Assembly (NCBI RefSeq): GCF_022045235.1
Contig: NW_027266319.1
Span: 37,634,001 to 37,698,000, forward strand
Source: Haliotis cracherodii
Lineage: Eukaryota
DNA: 64,000 nt
Direction of reading: 5' to 3'
Shown here piece by piece: positions 37,971-50,160 of the stretch. The stretch's first letter is position 1; each line of letters begins with the position of its first letter. The position numbers and the translations under genes were made by a program. The notes beneath the pieces are model-generated. The model did no database searches and was not told the origin of the DNA. It saw only the letters and a list, made by a program, of their open reading frames with translations.

Positions 37971-40147
37971 GGTACCGACGTTTACTTCAATATCTGAAAA
38001 ACTATTGGACCTACTCCAGTCAAAGTTGGTATGAGATTATTAAACAGTCATACATAACTGGATATTACATTTAAAGACAATCGGTGGATGAATAAAAAAT
38101 CTGTCTATTTAGCTAATTCATGCGTTACAGCTTCCCAAACAAACGGTAGCTAAGATTTTGAACTCTCATAAGAACACATGCTCCCCTGCACATCCCTTTG
38201 TGGGGGGGGGGGGGGGGGGGGGGGGGCATCTCAAAACAGGATAGGAAATTAAAGTTAGATTCCTTTGATAAGAAAGTTGTCAGGGACGTGATTCGGCGGT
38301 TAACACGAGAAAATGAATTTATTTCAACACGAAAACTAAAACAAATTCTCCTTACAGAGCATGGACCATTTGTAAACTCCTTTCCAAATTTGGATATCAG
38401 TATAAAAAGACGAAAGGGTCGAAACTAGCAATGTGTGAACGACAAGATATCATTCGTTTGCGTATCAATTATTTGCGCACTATTAAAAAGAAACGAGAAG
38501 AAGGCTATGAGCCTGTCTATTTGGACGAAACCTGGGTTAACGCCTGCCACACAGCGGCTAACCAATGGTCTCACCCATATACCAGAGAGCCACAGCGCAA
38601 GATCCCCCCTGGTAAAGGGGAGCGCCTGATTGTCCTCCATGCAGGCTCCGACAGAGGTTTCCTCCCTGGGTGTGATCTACTGTTCAGATCCAGATCTACA
38701 GATGGCAGAGACTACCATACCGAGATGAATAGTCAGGTTTTCACTGCGTATATTGAGGGGCAGGTCCTCTTAGCACTGCCTGATAAATCCTTGGTGGTTA
38801 TGGACAATGCTCCCTATCACAGTTGTCGAGATCCTATTAACCGTTGTCCAACCTCAAATTCCACCAAGGGTGAGATATGTCAATGGTTGGACAACAACCG
38901 CATTGCTCGGCCCACGAAAGCCAAAAAAAACTGACTACTACCAACTGGTTCTTATTTCATTGACAACATGTTGAGAGAACACGGTCACGTAGTGCTTAGA
39001 CTTCCTCCTTACCATTGTGACTTGAATCCCATCGAACTAATCTGGGGTGATTTGAAAAATATGGTCGCACGGCAAAATAAGACCTTCAAGCTTGCCGACG
39101 TCAAGCTGATTGTCTTGAAAGGGATGGGAGAAATTACAGATGTACGTTGGGCAAACTGTGTCCAGATGTTATCAAAGTTGAGGAAGAATATTGGAAACAA
39201 GACTGTATCCGACCAGATACTGTCCAGCCTGTTGTTGTTCATTTAGGTGACAGCACAGACTCCGAATCTGACGACGAGGGCATTTCGTGGGACCAAGTGC
39301 AATACATATACCCGTTTCACTACGACATGTAATAGCCCGAATTACCACGGATATGAATTCTCACATATTCGTACATATTCTTAATCATTTGTTAAGAATC
39401 TTAAATATATCTTATTTGATTCCCAAACATTCTTGTAGTTCGTGGGATTCGTGAGAAAAAAAATGTTTATCAAAGAATTTCTAGGAATGGTCTACCAATT
39501 TCAGGTTCGTGCTTTGTAGTACATGTCGTAATCAGATCTTGGCCACTTTGTGCAATTCTTGGCTCAGAATTGGATTCTCTTTCACCCGAAACAGCCCCGA
39601 AAGTCTCGAATCATCTACGAAAATATTAAAATATTTTCTTCGAAACCATAAAGTAATGATTTGTCTAAATGAATAATAACATATGATATATTACACCTAA
39701 TAACATGATGCATGAAATATAATAATGTGGCAAGGAATGATACATTCAAGTCAATAACACTGACCTGAAAAAGAATGCAAAAATAATTGGATAGATATTA
39801 TTAAATAGCTGCTTGAGACGCCCAACGCTAACACCGTATTCGTGCGTGCGTGATTCCCGTGCAACCTTTCGATTTGAGTTGATTGGTTCAACTGTGTCAT
39901 ATGGCCCTGTGACGCAGGGGTAGCATTATGCAGATGGCTGTTACAATGAATGCTCGTTCCACCCGTGACGAACAGGTCTTGTTGTTGATGAAATATAGTG
40001 ATAGCTAAATAGACAGATTTTTTATTCATGCACAGATTGTCTTTAAATGAATTTATTCAGTTATGTATGACTGTTTAATAATCCCATACCAACTTTGACT
40101 GGAGTAGGTCCTATAGTTTTTCAGATATTGTAGTAAACGTCGGTACC
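37971..40147. mobile_element. TTAA-flanked DNA element with ~145-bp TIRs (Kolobok-like termini)
   Basis: TTAA|GGTACCGACGTTTAC...CTATTTAGCTA at 37971-38115, its reverse complement ending at 40147|TTAA, and a third solo end at 47485-47650. Confidence 0.75.
38230..39332 (+). mobile_element. Decayed IS630/Tc1/mariner transposase with long D-E spacer (Sailor/DD82E-like)
   Basis: VYLDETWVN, GKGERLIVLHAG, DYHTEMN, VVMDNAPYHS, VLRLPPYHCDLNPIELIW, acidic tail; frameshifted. Confidence 0.85.
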
Positions 40148-42269
40148 TTAAATGAACCACCAGAATTTTATATATATGACGTCACGTGTGGAAGTATTGA
40201 TACTTTATAAAATATCTAGGTACTTAGCAAACCTTTATTATGGGCAAGCTGTAAATGGGCCTTTAAAACACCTTTAAAATTTATACTAATCAATCATCGA
40301 CGTCACATAAGTTTGTAAAGAGGTGCATTTCGAGTCGAAAGGGAGCATGAGTATGACATTTATCCTTACTGCTGTTGAAAATGAAGTTTATGGAACAGTT
40401 ATGGAAAATACCCCGAGGCATGTACCCTCCCATGGCACTTGCAAAATTGGGAATATCACTGATTTGTGAAGGTTTTGCTTGTGTTTGGATAATCGCAAAC
40501 AATTCGGACGATGTGGAATGGACTGGTGAGGATTGAACGGAGTGCTCTTAAACTTGCATGTTTTGTGTTAATTTTCATCGTCAGGGTGTTTTTTTATTTG
40601 GAGTTTGGGATTTGTCGTTTATGCTGTAATACTTTGCTTAGCTGGGGCTTTTAATCACCTGAGATGGACCTATATGCTAACACTTAGTCAATGAAAACAT
40701 GTCTTTAAAAAAAAAGATTCTTCGAAAGAACCTTTCCTCTTCTGCTGTTTTCATTTGTGGAATCAAGCAAACTAGACTTGGTTAGTTTGATCAAGACTTG
40801 CCTAGGCAAGAGGAAGGGATTTTATGGAGATTAGTTCTAACATTGGCATTGTCAATACAATTTTGTCTGTAAGATATTACAACATGCACAAATTTAAATT
40901 TAGTTTCTTTTAATAAATTTGCATCATTAAATCTGTATTATTTTGAAATGGTTACATAGGATAGATAAATGATAAAATGTATAACCCCTATGCTTATAAG
41001 TAAGCTTTCCTTGTATTCAATGTATTGTTTTTTCAATGCTTCTGAGAATGATGTGTCTGCTGGCCCACCTAGTCATCTTGTAACAATTAATCACCAGCTG
41101 CTGGCTGACGGGATCGTGGAAATCCTTCCTGCTGAGTTCACATAAAACCAGCCTGCTCACGTTTGAGCAAATGTGTTCACCCTGTTCCCCATAGTATATG
41201 GTAATAAATTGAATAAACCTCGGGCAAACTGAAAATCATTTCACTCGTTACATAAATTTGATATTTAATAAAAGTGAGACTATTACTGACAGGGTCGTTG
41301 TCGGCACGGGCACTACATATATGTTTACTAGGTACATTTTGGTATATTTTTGGTATCAAATGCTCCCTTTAAAAAATCCATTCGGTAGTATGCTAAACTG
41401 GTTTCTTGGATTTGAAGAATATGGACTCGCCCTTCCTTTGGGTACTGTTCTGTATTCTGCATTCTGATTTTGGTTAGGGTATATTTCTGTACACCGAAAA
41501 GTACATAGAGTACATATCTGAAATACCCATGCCGACAACTATCCCTTCAACTGTAATATCCAAAAACTTCTACCCAAAGAAACATTGGGATGAGTGTTGG
41601 GAAACTTCAAACTTCAAAATATCGCCAAGTAATATGTGACATACGTTGTGGGGATGACTTTCGAATAACGAATGCCATTGATGTTAACTTTTTCACTGCG
41701 ACAAACTTTGAGTATTTTTTTTCTATTTTAATATTTGTCATTGTTTGTGCTCGCTTTCTCGTAATTATTCGTAAAAGAATTTATTCTTCCTTCAACTTTG
41801 CGCGTTTCCTCAGAAATCACACATAGTAGAGCCATGGAACTTGTGTAAGTGCATTGCACCTTTCATATTCCCAAAACCTCTCAACAACGACAACCTTGTG
41901 TTTATTTACAGGTTTTCTTTAAGTGGTAAGTTTGCAAAATCTGCAAAGTTTCATTAATGTCTGATAAGTATTACTTCATGGTGATAACCCTAAATGTAAA
42001 AATAAAAAGTATCTGTCACGTCAACATTTAATGTAACAAGGGTTAACCCGCGAAGTCTATGACGAGCCTTTTACTATTTCAAGCAGGCAAGAATGAATAT
42101 GTTCATTCAAAACCTATTTAAATAAAAGCGACAAAACCCTTTCTATAATTATAAGCAAGATATGCAAAAGGCAATGTCCAGTGTACGATTTCGGCTACGC
42201 CATAAGCATGTGTTTTGAATCACTATCAAATCGTGGTGATACCAAATGCTCTCGAAAAGGTGACTGTGT

Positions 42270-42330
42270 GTTTCCCGCCCCAACAGCTACCAATGACAGC
42301 GATCTCACAAGCGGCTATATATAGAGAGAT
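42270..42330 (+). promoter_or_regulatory. Candidate Pol II core promoter (GC box, CCAAT, TATA)
   Basis: CCCGCCCC ~42274, CCAAT ~42290, TATATATAG ~42316, donor AAG|GTAATT at 42553. No coherent downstream gene found. Confidence 0.35.
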
Positions 42331-42924
42331 AAACACCGTGTTTACACGTTTATGTTCTAGTTAGTTGAAGACCTGTCACGAAAACGAACATTACATGGCA
42401 AAACGATGGTCACAGGCGAACCCGTTGTATATTTGTCACCGCTACTTTGCGTTTTACGCCCATTGGAATCTGTTTTAAAGGAAAATCGAGACTGGTTGTT
42501 CTCTGGTGTTGACGCTTTACATTACACTGAAAGATTTGCATTTGTCAAAGAAGGTAATTAGCACTCACCTGTAAGACTATCTTTAAAACTTTACCACATA
42601 TCAAAGACCAGTTTATAAAGGACGGCTTACCCCTTCTAGATGTTTCTCTGTTGGAATAGTGCGCAGTTAAACAAAATTGAAACTGATGACAAGGAAGGAG
42701 TATGCAGCATCCCGACACCCTTCAACCGGATGCGAACTATCAACACAAAGTTACATATCATACATCATCTTATTATTACATTTAAAATAAATGTACATGT
42801 AGAGTGGTTTATGTGTGTATGTGCTTTCACTCTCAAGTGCTGATTCAATCCCGAACACAAATGTTAAACATAGTTTACCTGCTGGTTACACTGTAACCTG
42901 CCTAATATTATTGTACATGCCGTA

Positions 42925-43465
42925 TATCACAGCACAGCCTGCCAGACACCTACTTGTGTATATCACAGTACAGCCTGCCAGAAACCTATTGTGTTTATAA
43001 CAGCACAGCCTGCCAGACACCTACAGATCTGCGGACAGCATTGTTCTCTCTGTTGACTGTGTTGTGTATATCACAATACAGCCTGCCAGACACCTACAGA
43101 TCTGCGGACAGCATTGTTCTGTCTGTTGATTGTGTTGTGTATATCACAATACAGCCTGCCAGACACCTACAGATCTGCAGACAGCATTGTTCTCTCTGTT
43201 GATTGTGTTGTGTATATCACAATACAGCCTGCCAGACACCTACAGATCTGCGGACAGCATTGTTCTCTGTTGATTGTGTTGTGTATATCACAATACAGCC
43301 TGCCAGACACCTACAGATCTGCGGACAGCATTGTTCTCTCTGTTGATTGTGTTGTGTATATCACAATACAGCCTGCCAGACACCTACAGATCTGCGGACA
43401 GCATTGTTCTCTGTTGATTGTGTTGTGTATATCACAATACAGCCTGCCAGACACCTACAGATCTG
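42925..43465. repeat. 71-73-bp minisatellite, about 6.5 copies, preceded by shorter subunits
   Basis: Unit GTTGTGTATATCACAATACAGCCTGCCAGACACCTACAGATCTGCGGACAGCATTGTTCTCTCTGTTGATTGT. Confidence 0.95.
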
Positions 43466-43487
43466 TGTTTAAACTTCTACAGCACAG

Positions 43488-43995
43488 GTAAGGATAGGAT
43501 TTATGGATGAACAACTTCTTTATTACAATTAAGAGCGATTTTTCGGTGTGGGTTCTAACACCGTTATCAAGTGTTCAAGTATGGTTGACAGGTATATATA
43601 CAGGTAGGAGGCAGTGTTTATACAGTAGAGTAGATATCAGATGTATTTATACTGAAGTGGAGAAGCCTGTTATGTACACAAATGGGTAGTAAAGACAATT
43701 ATAGGCGAAGTCAGTAACATAAACAAAAGGGTGAAGCCGGTAATATAAACAACAGGATTATGGCTGATTGGGCTCTTTGATGAGTCGATGGTACGCCTGG
43801 GGTATGTTAGTCTTGGTCACTGTTGATCGACGGTTGGAGTCTTTTGATGTTGATGGCTTCTTGAAGTTTTCTGATTTTGAAGTCTTCATGGAGACGGGGC
43901 AATCTCAAATCATAAACCGACTCAACAACCTTGAGAACAAGTACATCCACTAATATCCTTACTTAGTACTCCAACTTCTAAATGCCTATCAACAG
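43488..43995 (-). mobile_element. Penelope-like element 3' fragment
   Basis: Minus-strand EDFKIRKLQEAINIKRLQPSINSDQ..IPQAYHRLI resembles the GIY-YIG C-terminus. Hammerhead-like hairpin TTGATAAC-GGTGT..ACACC-GAAA at 43541-43570. Short inverted end related to 45952-46012. Confidence 0.7.
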
Positions 43996-44176
43996 ATTTT
44001 CACAGCTATTTCTCTAAACATTTGAAAGCAAAAACAAATTTCAAAAAACTTTATTGAATGGATGCTTAAATAATTATTAAACGTAAAACTGTTCATGTAT
44101 GTGATGTAACGCTGAATTATATACACAACGGTTCAGAGGATGACAGCAGAGGATGTTTCATGATAATTTAATCACA

Positions 44177-45030
44177 CTATGACTCGCTCGTGTCACAGCC
44201 CTCGTCGTCGGAATTGCTTGTGTCAATGCTGATGGTCACAACTATAGATGGGACTTTTGTTTGCTGAAGTTCATCACTTGACCAGTACCTTGACTCTGTC
44301 TCGTTGACGACTTTGGTAACGCAACACTGACATGTCTCCACTGTTTTCCCCCCGATCACGTGATTCCTAGCTTTTCAACATCCCGCAATTTAAACGTTGA
44401 CTGTGTTAACGTTCAATCGTCCAGTGTCGTATTTGACGATACCCCATGTCAACTCTATTGATGTCAGATCGCACTGGTAAGGGGGGAGTCGTAAGACGGC
44501 GTGACATTGACATTTGATGTAATTGTTAACCGTATACACGGGCTCAGGTTTGTCAGATTTGATGAATTCATAGAGTTGTGTTTCTGTAGCCCTGGAAGGA
44601 AAGATCATATTCATCCATCGCAGCCACGTCATCATATCTCCTTTAAGGTTATTAGACGTCGGGGCCTTGCTGTTTGGGTCCTGCATACTGTGATATGCCA
44701 GACTCCTTACAGTCCCCACTGACTGCTCGCTGTGTGAGAGACATTTACCCACGTCTCCTCTAGGAAAACAGGCTCACGTCTCCTCTAGGAAAACAGGCTC
44801 ATATCCTTCTTCACGTTTCGGCGACGAAGGAGGTCAGATCGGTCACCTAACACAACCCTATTTTCACCACTTATCTTTTCGTATCTGTATCCAAATGTAT
44901 GCAAAAGTTGCCATAGTTTGTATTTTGTAACAATCCCGTCCCGACATTTTTCAGCTTGTTAATTAGGAGACATACCAAGGGCTTTAGAGGCTCATTTTAA
45001 GTTTTTATTAATGGCATAAAATGGCTTTCT
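44177..45030 (-). mobile_element. Second decayed Sailor-like transposase
   Basis: REEGYEPVFLEET, AYHSMQDP..PTS..KGDM..WL, VLRLPPYQCDLTSIELTW; about 83 residues between the second-D position and E; acidic tail. Confidence 0.8.
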
Positions 45031-45079
45031 TCTTTCTGCGTGGTCGGCGGCCTATGCCGCACTCGCCTCCCTGTGATGT

Positions 45080-45790
45080 CCTAGACGTGTTCAGTGGGGA
45101 AGGGAAGGGGCTGGGCTCATTGCTGGCCATTGCATTCTATAGACATTGTTCAATCTGAGTGGAGGTGAGTATGGATGTTGTCTTCCTGAAAGACGAACGA
45201 TCGACCCGCAGGCCTTCCAAACGGGACAACGAAGGGTGTCAGTTCGTTGTCCCGATACAACTTTGCAGTGACCCTTCCTTGTCCAATATGGAGTAGGGTT
45301 CGCACAGTCATAGTGATGCCACTCAAAACCATGACCGATCCACTGCCAAATCTGTCTTGAGGTCTCAGGCTGACATTGGCTTGACGTTCATTTCGACGTA
45401 GCCAGACACGACCACGCCTATCAAGGAAGGGCAAAGTGAATCGGGATCAGATGAAAACATGACACATGATCAGCGACGATGACACCAGTTGTGTACACCA
45501 TTGACGTATGTTGGCAATATCACGATTTGTAAGGGGCGGAACAACACTGGCCGTCGAGCATGGAGAAGAGCTGCACGGCTTCTCGTCTAACCCGTGATCC
45601 GGAACTCGTACTCCAGCTGTTCGATTCGCCGTTTAAGCTCGGTTTCGTTGAGCCTGGTTTCGGATCAGTCGATCCTATTCTCTTTTCGTTGACCTGTGAC
45701 GCCCTGAACGAGGTCGATCGTCAACATTGTTTGGTGCCTAGTCTGCTGGCCACAAACCGTGAAACATTGAACGTATTGGCTACTGCACAA
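45080..45790 (-). mobile_element. Decayed Tc1 transposase
   Basis: DRFGSGSVMV, FVFQEDN and a WPAMSP..PFP.EHV remnant. Confidence 0.8.
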
Positions 45791-45807
45791 ACACTAAATG
45801 GAATCAA

Positions 45808-46014
45808 AGGGAAGAGAATATATGGATGTCAACTTCTTTATTATGAGGAACACAACGTTTCGGAGTATATGCTTACTCCTTCATCGGGAGGATCCTTTTC
45901 ACCTGATGAAGGAGTAAGCATATACTCCTAAATGTTGTATTCCTCATAATAGAGAAGTTGACATCCATATATTCTCTTCCTTATGTGTATCCCTTCTAAA
46001 TGCCTTTCAAAGAG
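45808..46014. mobile_element. Palindromic Penelope-type insertion with two hammerhead-ribozyme-like motifs
   Basis: Arms 45810-45888 and 45902-45980. Plus arm CTGATGA-A-GGAGTA agcata TACTCC-TAAA; minus arm CCGATGA-A-GGAGTA agcata TACTCC-GAAAC. Flanking repeat CT(A/G)AATGGAATCAA at 45794-45807 and 46015-46028. Confidence 0.7.
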
Positions 46015-46579
46015 CTGAATGGAATCAAGTTAATTACAAATGTGTGATAGGCAGAATCAATAACATTTACATAAATAATGGTTCACAGAGATTAATCGAC
46101 CTTCTTTGAAAGTGTCAGAATCAGACATGAGACTTTGCACACGTGTGTGCCGCTTCTGTGTGAGGCACGTGAAAAACTATAGGATGTATTTTGGTGTGTT
46201 GTACAGATGTTCTTGCATATATTAGGATGTTTATCATCAACATTAATCTTGTTTCTCTTATACTTGGTATCAATATATACATTTCATGATTCCATACAAA
46301 TATGAAACACTGAATACTGGGTGGTGAGGTGCTGACCTTTGACTAAGCAAAGTATATATTTTTTTCTATAAAACCACTTTTGTCTTTTCCTTTCTGACTC
46401 ATGAATTATTTCGTCATCACATGGATTGCATCGGCATTAAACTATCATATTATCTACTTTTAGTCAGGTTAAAATTTGGAGCCACTGTAGTTTATATGCG
46501 TTTTGATTGGAATAAAGGAATCATAAATGACATAAATGACACCTTATTGATCACATGCAATGGATATTCCATAATATGA

Positions 46580-46760
46580 GACCGATTCCGTGGTCTAGTG
46601 GTAGAGCGTCTGTCAGGAGAGCGGAAGGTCGGGGGCTCGATCCTCGGCCGCGTAATACCAAAATGACGTTAAAAGATGGTACCTCTTGTTTCTCTGCCTG
46701 GCGCTCGGCATTAAGGGGCTCAAACAGGACTGCTCGGTGTCAGCATACTGTGTCGGAGTG
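46580..46760 (+). mobile_element. SINE family D, 3'-truncated
   Basis: Match to 13375-13706. Confidence 0.75.
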
Positions 46761-48447
46761 TCTGTTGTCACTGTCCGACTGACTAAGCACTGACCTTATG
46801 ACGCAATAAGTTAATCGCACAATCCAGGAAAATGTGTTCAGAGACCCTGTGTGACGATTGAATTTATGACTAACATTATATGATAAAGAGGTTATAACGT
46901 TTGTGAGTTTGGGGATGATAAATATCCTGTATTGGGAAAACACATAATCACCCGTGAAGATCCGGGGTAGAATAGGTCTCCAGCAACCCATGCTTTCCGT
47001 AAAAGGCGACTGTGGACCAGACAAACGAGTGACTGAAAGCATGAGCATCGATCTACGCCGTCGTGGCATGATGCAGGAAAACAGCAAGAGGCCACGTCCG
47101 TGAGAAACTGGGTTAGACGAGTCTCTCGCAACCCATACTAACTTGGTTGATGCAGTGTATATCCGTTTAAACGTTTCTGAGAAGGACGGATCTTGTAGAA
47201 CATAACGGAACAAAGATGGTCACATGCAGACCTCTTGATTTGACTGATAATAGAATTGTACAACTTCGACATGACAAACATGATGGTCGTGTTATCACAA
47301 CGATTCAGACGCGGTGTCACTTCCTTGATGACATACAAATTGAGCTTGACAACTGGGAAGAACAATAAGCCTCCAATATCCGGTGTACACGCCAGTAACC
47401 TCACTGCATTTTCATCACTTAACCGCATGTATCGCGTTTGTACAGACAAAACATAGTCTGAAAAGTAATTTAAGAGTCATTTAAGGTACCGACGTTTACT
47501 ACAATATCTGAAAAACTATTGGACCTACTCCAGTCAAAGTTGGTATGAGGTTATTAAACAGTCATACATTACTGGATATCACATTTAAAGACAATCGGTG
47601 CATGAATAAAAAATATGTCTATTTAGCTATCACTATATTTCATCAACAACCAAAATTCCACAAATTACGTCATCGGGTATTGTGACGTGATAGTAAACTT
47701 TGAGGTGCAAGGCCCTGTTCTACAAGGCGATCGTATTGTAGCGCAACGACAGTCGATAGACTAAGTTAGTGTATGTGAGTTGCGAAAACCTTAGCGCTAC
47801 GATAATTTTGTGGAACGGACGCCTGAATTCTAAAGGTGGACCGTTGTATGGCATTCATACGTTTCAACTTTTGACGTGTTTGAAGTATTATTCTGTTGAA
47901 CTCAATTAGACTATGCCGTGGATGGTGTAGGTGTCAGCCTATTCACACTCAACAGTATAATTCTAAAAATGTTATAAATGACAAGTAATAAATAAAATAC
48001 TAAACTCGCCCCTCGTCAAATACCAGAACTATTCATTCGTTTCATAAAATTGGTATTAAACGGGTGCTCGTTTAGTATTCTATATTTATTACCTACGAGG
48101 GCAAACATCATCATCTGGGTTCATAAGAATCATATGTGCCCTAGGGTCATATCACGTCACGAGGTAACAGTGTATTGTTTCCGTCATCCGGACGGCATTG
48201 TTGACCCCATTCGAATTTTATTGTGACGTGAGGTCAGAATGACGTCACAATAGAAACGACGTCATAGCTTAAGATTGTTGACGTTATTCGACAAATTGTG
48301 GTTCAGCTGCTGTTGCGACTTACTGTCCTTCCAGGTAAATAGAGGTTATCATGCGAGTGTGTTTGGGGATGGTAAATATCCTGCATTAGGAATAAACATT
48401 GTATTTAGCGAGCCTTGGCGAGCCTTGGCGAGCCTTAGCTACGTCAC

Positions 48448-48612
48448 GGGCGGTAGGGTAGCCAAGTGGTTAAAGCGTTCGCTCGTCACGCCGACGACCC
48501 AGGTTCGATTCCCGACATGGGTACAATGTGTGAAGCCCATTTCTGGTGTCCCCCGCCGTGATATTGCTGGGATATTGCTAAAAGCGGCGTAAAACCATAC
48601 TCACCCATTCAC
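48448..48612 (+). mobile_element. SINE family C
   Basis: Match to 13074-13235. Confidence 0.85.
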
Positions 48613-48649
48613 TTAGCTACGTTAGACACTGATTTTCAGTATATTAGAC

Positions 48650-49626
48650 TGTTTTCTTGATAATGATAGCAATTTCCCGTTAGTTTATCCAGATTCCCGA
48701 TGGTTAATTCTGACTCGATCGCCGAATGACAAGGGCGACACTGAAAGTAGTCCCTGCTTGATCTTTGATATTTGCATCCGCATATGACCCCAACGGATAT
48801 CGTTTTCATCCGTTGGCTTTATCCTGCCGAGAAACTTACCCATTATATGATAAACACTAAAGGTCGTCTCTATATGTAGACATCTTCTTCGGTAATATAT
48901 AGAACACGATTTTCGTGTTCATGTCATACTATGTTTGCGACACTCGTGTCGTAAAACTAGTACGAAATGAACACTCATATAATATCCTCTATATATATTT
49001 CTATTCAGAGCGTAACATTCATCAATTTGTTAAAACGACCTTATACGAAGATATGCATAATTTGAAAGTGTGTGTTATGATTAATATTAACAACCTCGCC
49101 CACAAAGAGATCCAATATGGAATGTCGTCTAATCCAAGAAGAAGCGGTACCGGTATTGCCTTTGCACCCCCACACTATCCTTACTCGTGGTCAATATTCT
49201 TAAACACTGAAAACATTGTCAGAACATTTGTGCACAAGATTGGCATACATCGAGCCGTTGCAGAGGACATTATACAACATCACAGATACGATGACTCCTA
49301 TTCAACCTCTGTGTTGCACTCTGTTCTAATATTTGTGGACAAGTAAGACATCCTTGCAAAGCCACTGGATACCCTGGACATCGGAAATGATATATTTTCT
49401 TTTTCATTATCCACATGAAGCCTTATTCCCAAAATATTTTTTACCCTACCTTGTGCGAATAAATTGACCTCAACCAAGAAGAATTTGACGAGAGCTTCTT
49501 AAACTTTGGGTTGGAGAGATATCGCTGATGGCGCACAATTTCTGCAGCCGATGGTTTCTGTACAATAACCAGCACAGAACTATTAGCTTCAGGTATACGA
49601 TCATAGATTCTCTTGATATTCTGTAA
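48650..49626 (+). pseudogene. Possible decayed coding sequence of unknown family
   Basis: Consecutive protein-like frames, including ORF 48915-49346. The 3' part aligns in frame with the minus strand of 10750-10960. Confidence 0.35.
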
Positions 49627-50160
49627 AGGACCTTTGCTTCTGTAAGCTTGTAGGCCGTACATATGAGATATTATTTTGAAAGCGATATTTTTTATCAACA
49701 GAGAATGACATTGTGAAATTGAATTATGAAATCTAAAACGCATTTTCCAAAACTAAGAAATCCAATATATTGTTCAAACGTGACACATGGTTGAGTTATT
49801 CAGGTTTAGTGGAGCATAATACAAAGCAAGGTAGGTCTCTTACATTAGTCACCTGTATATCACGGTTGTGTATCAACGAGTGAGTCAGGAAAACAGTGGT
49901 TGATAGCGTAAGCACGCTGATTGGGTACGGTGGGGCAGTATCAGTCCGGGCAGACATTGTAACCAATCGATTCCCAATTTAATGGGTTCATACGAAAAGC
50001 AGGTGGCGCTGGGGATCTATTCTACCCTGTAATTCCGATGGGAGAGAAACGATTTGCAGTGGTGTATTATTGTGTTTAAAATATCAATGTTCTTTGATTA
50101 TCTACAGTTTGTATACAAGGGATTCCACTGAGGCTTCTACCGACATACTTATTATTAGTA

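Noticed and set aside
42954-43491. Repetitive ORFs (also 6037-6279)
   Set aside because: They are translations of minisatellite units.
49520-49530. Shared in-frame TGA as selenocysteine
   Set aside because: No SECIS identified, and this copy has other stops and a frameshift; a shared lesion or true stop is simpler.
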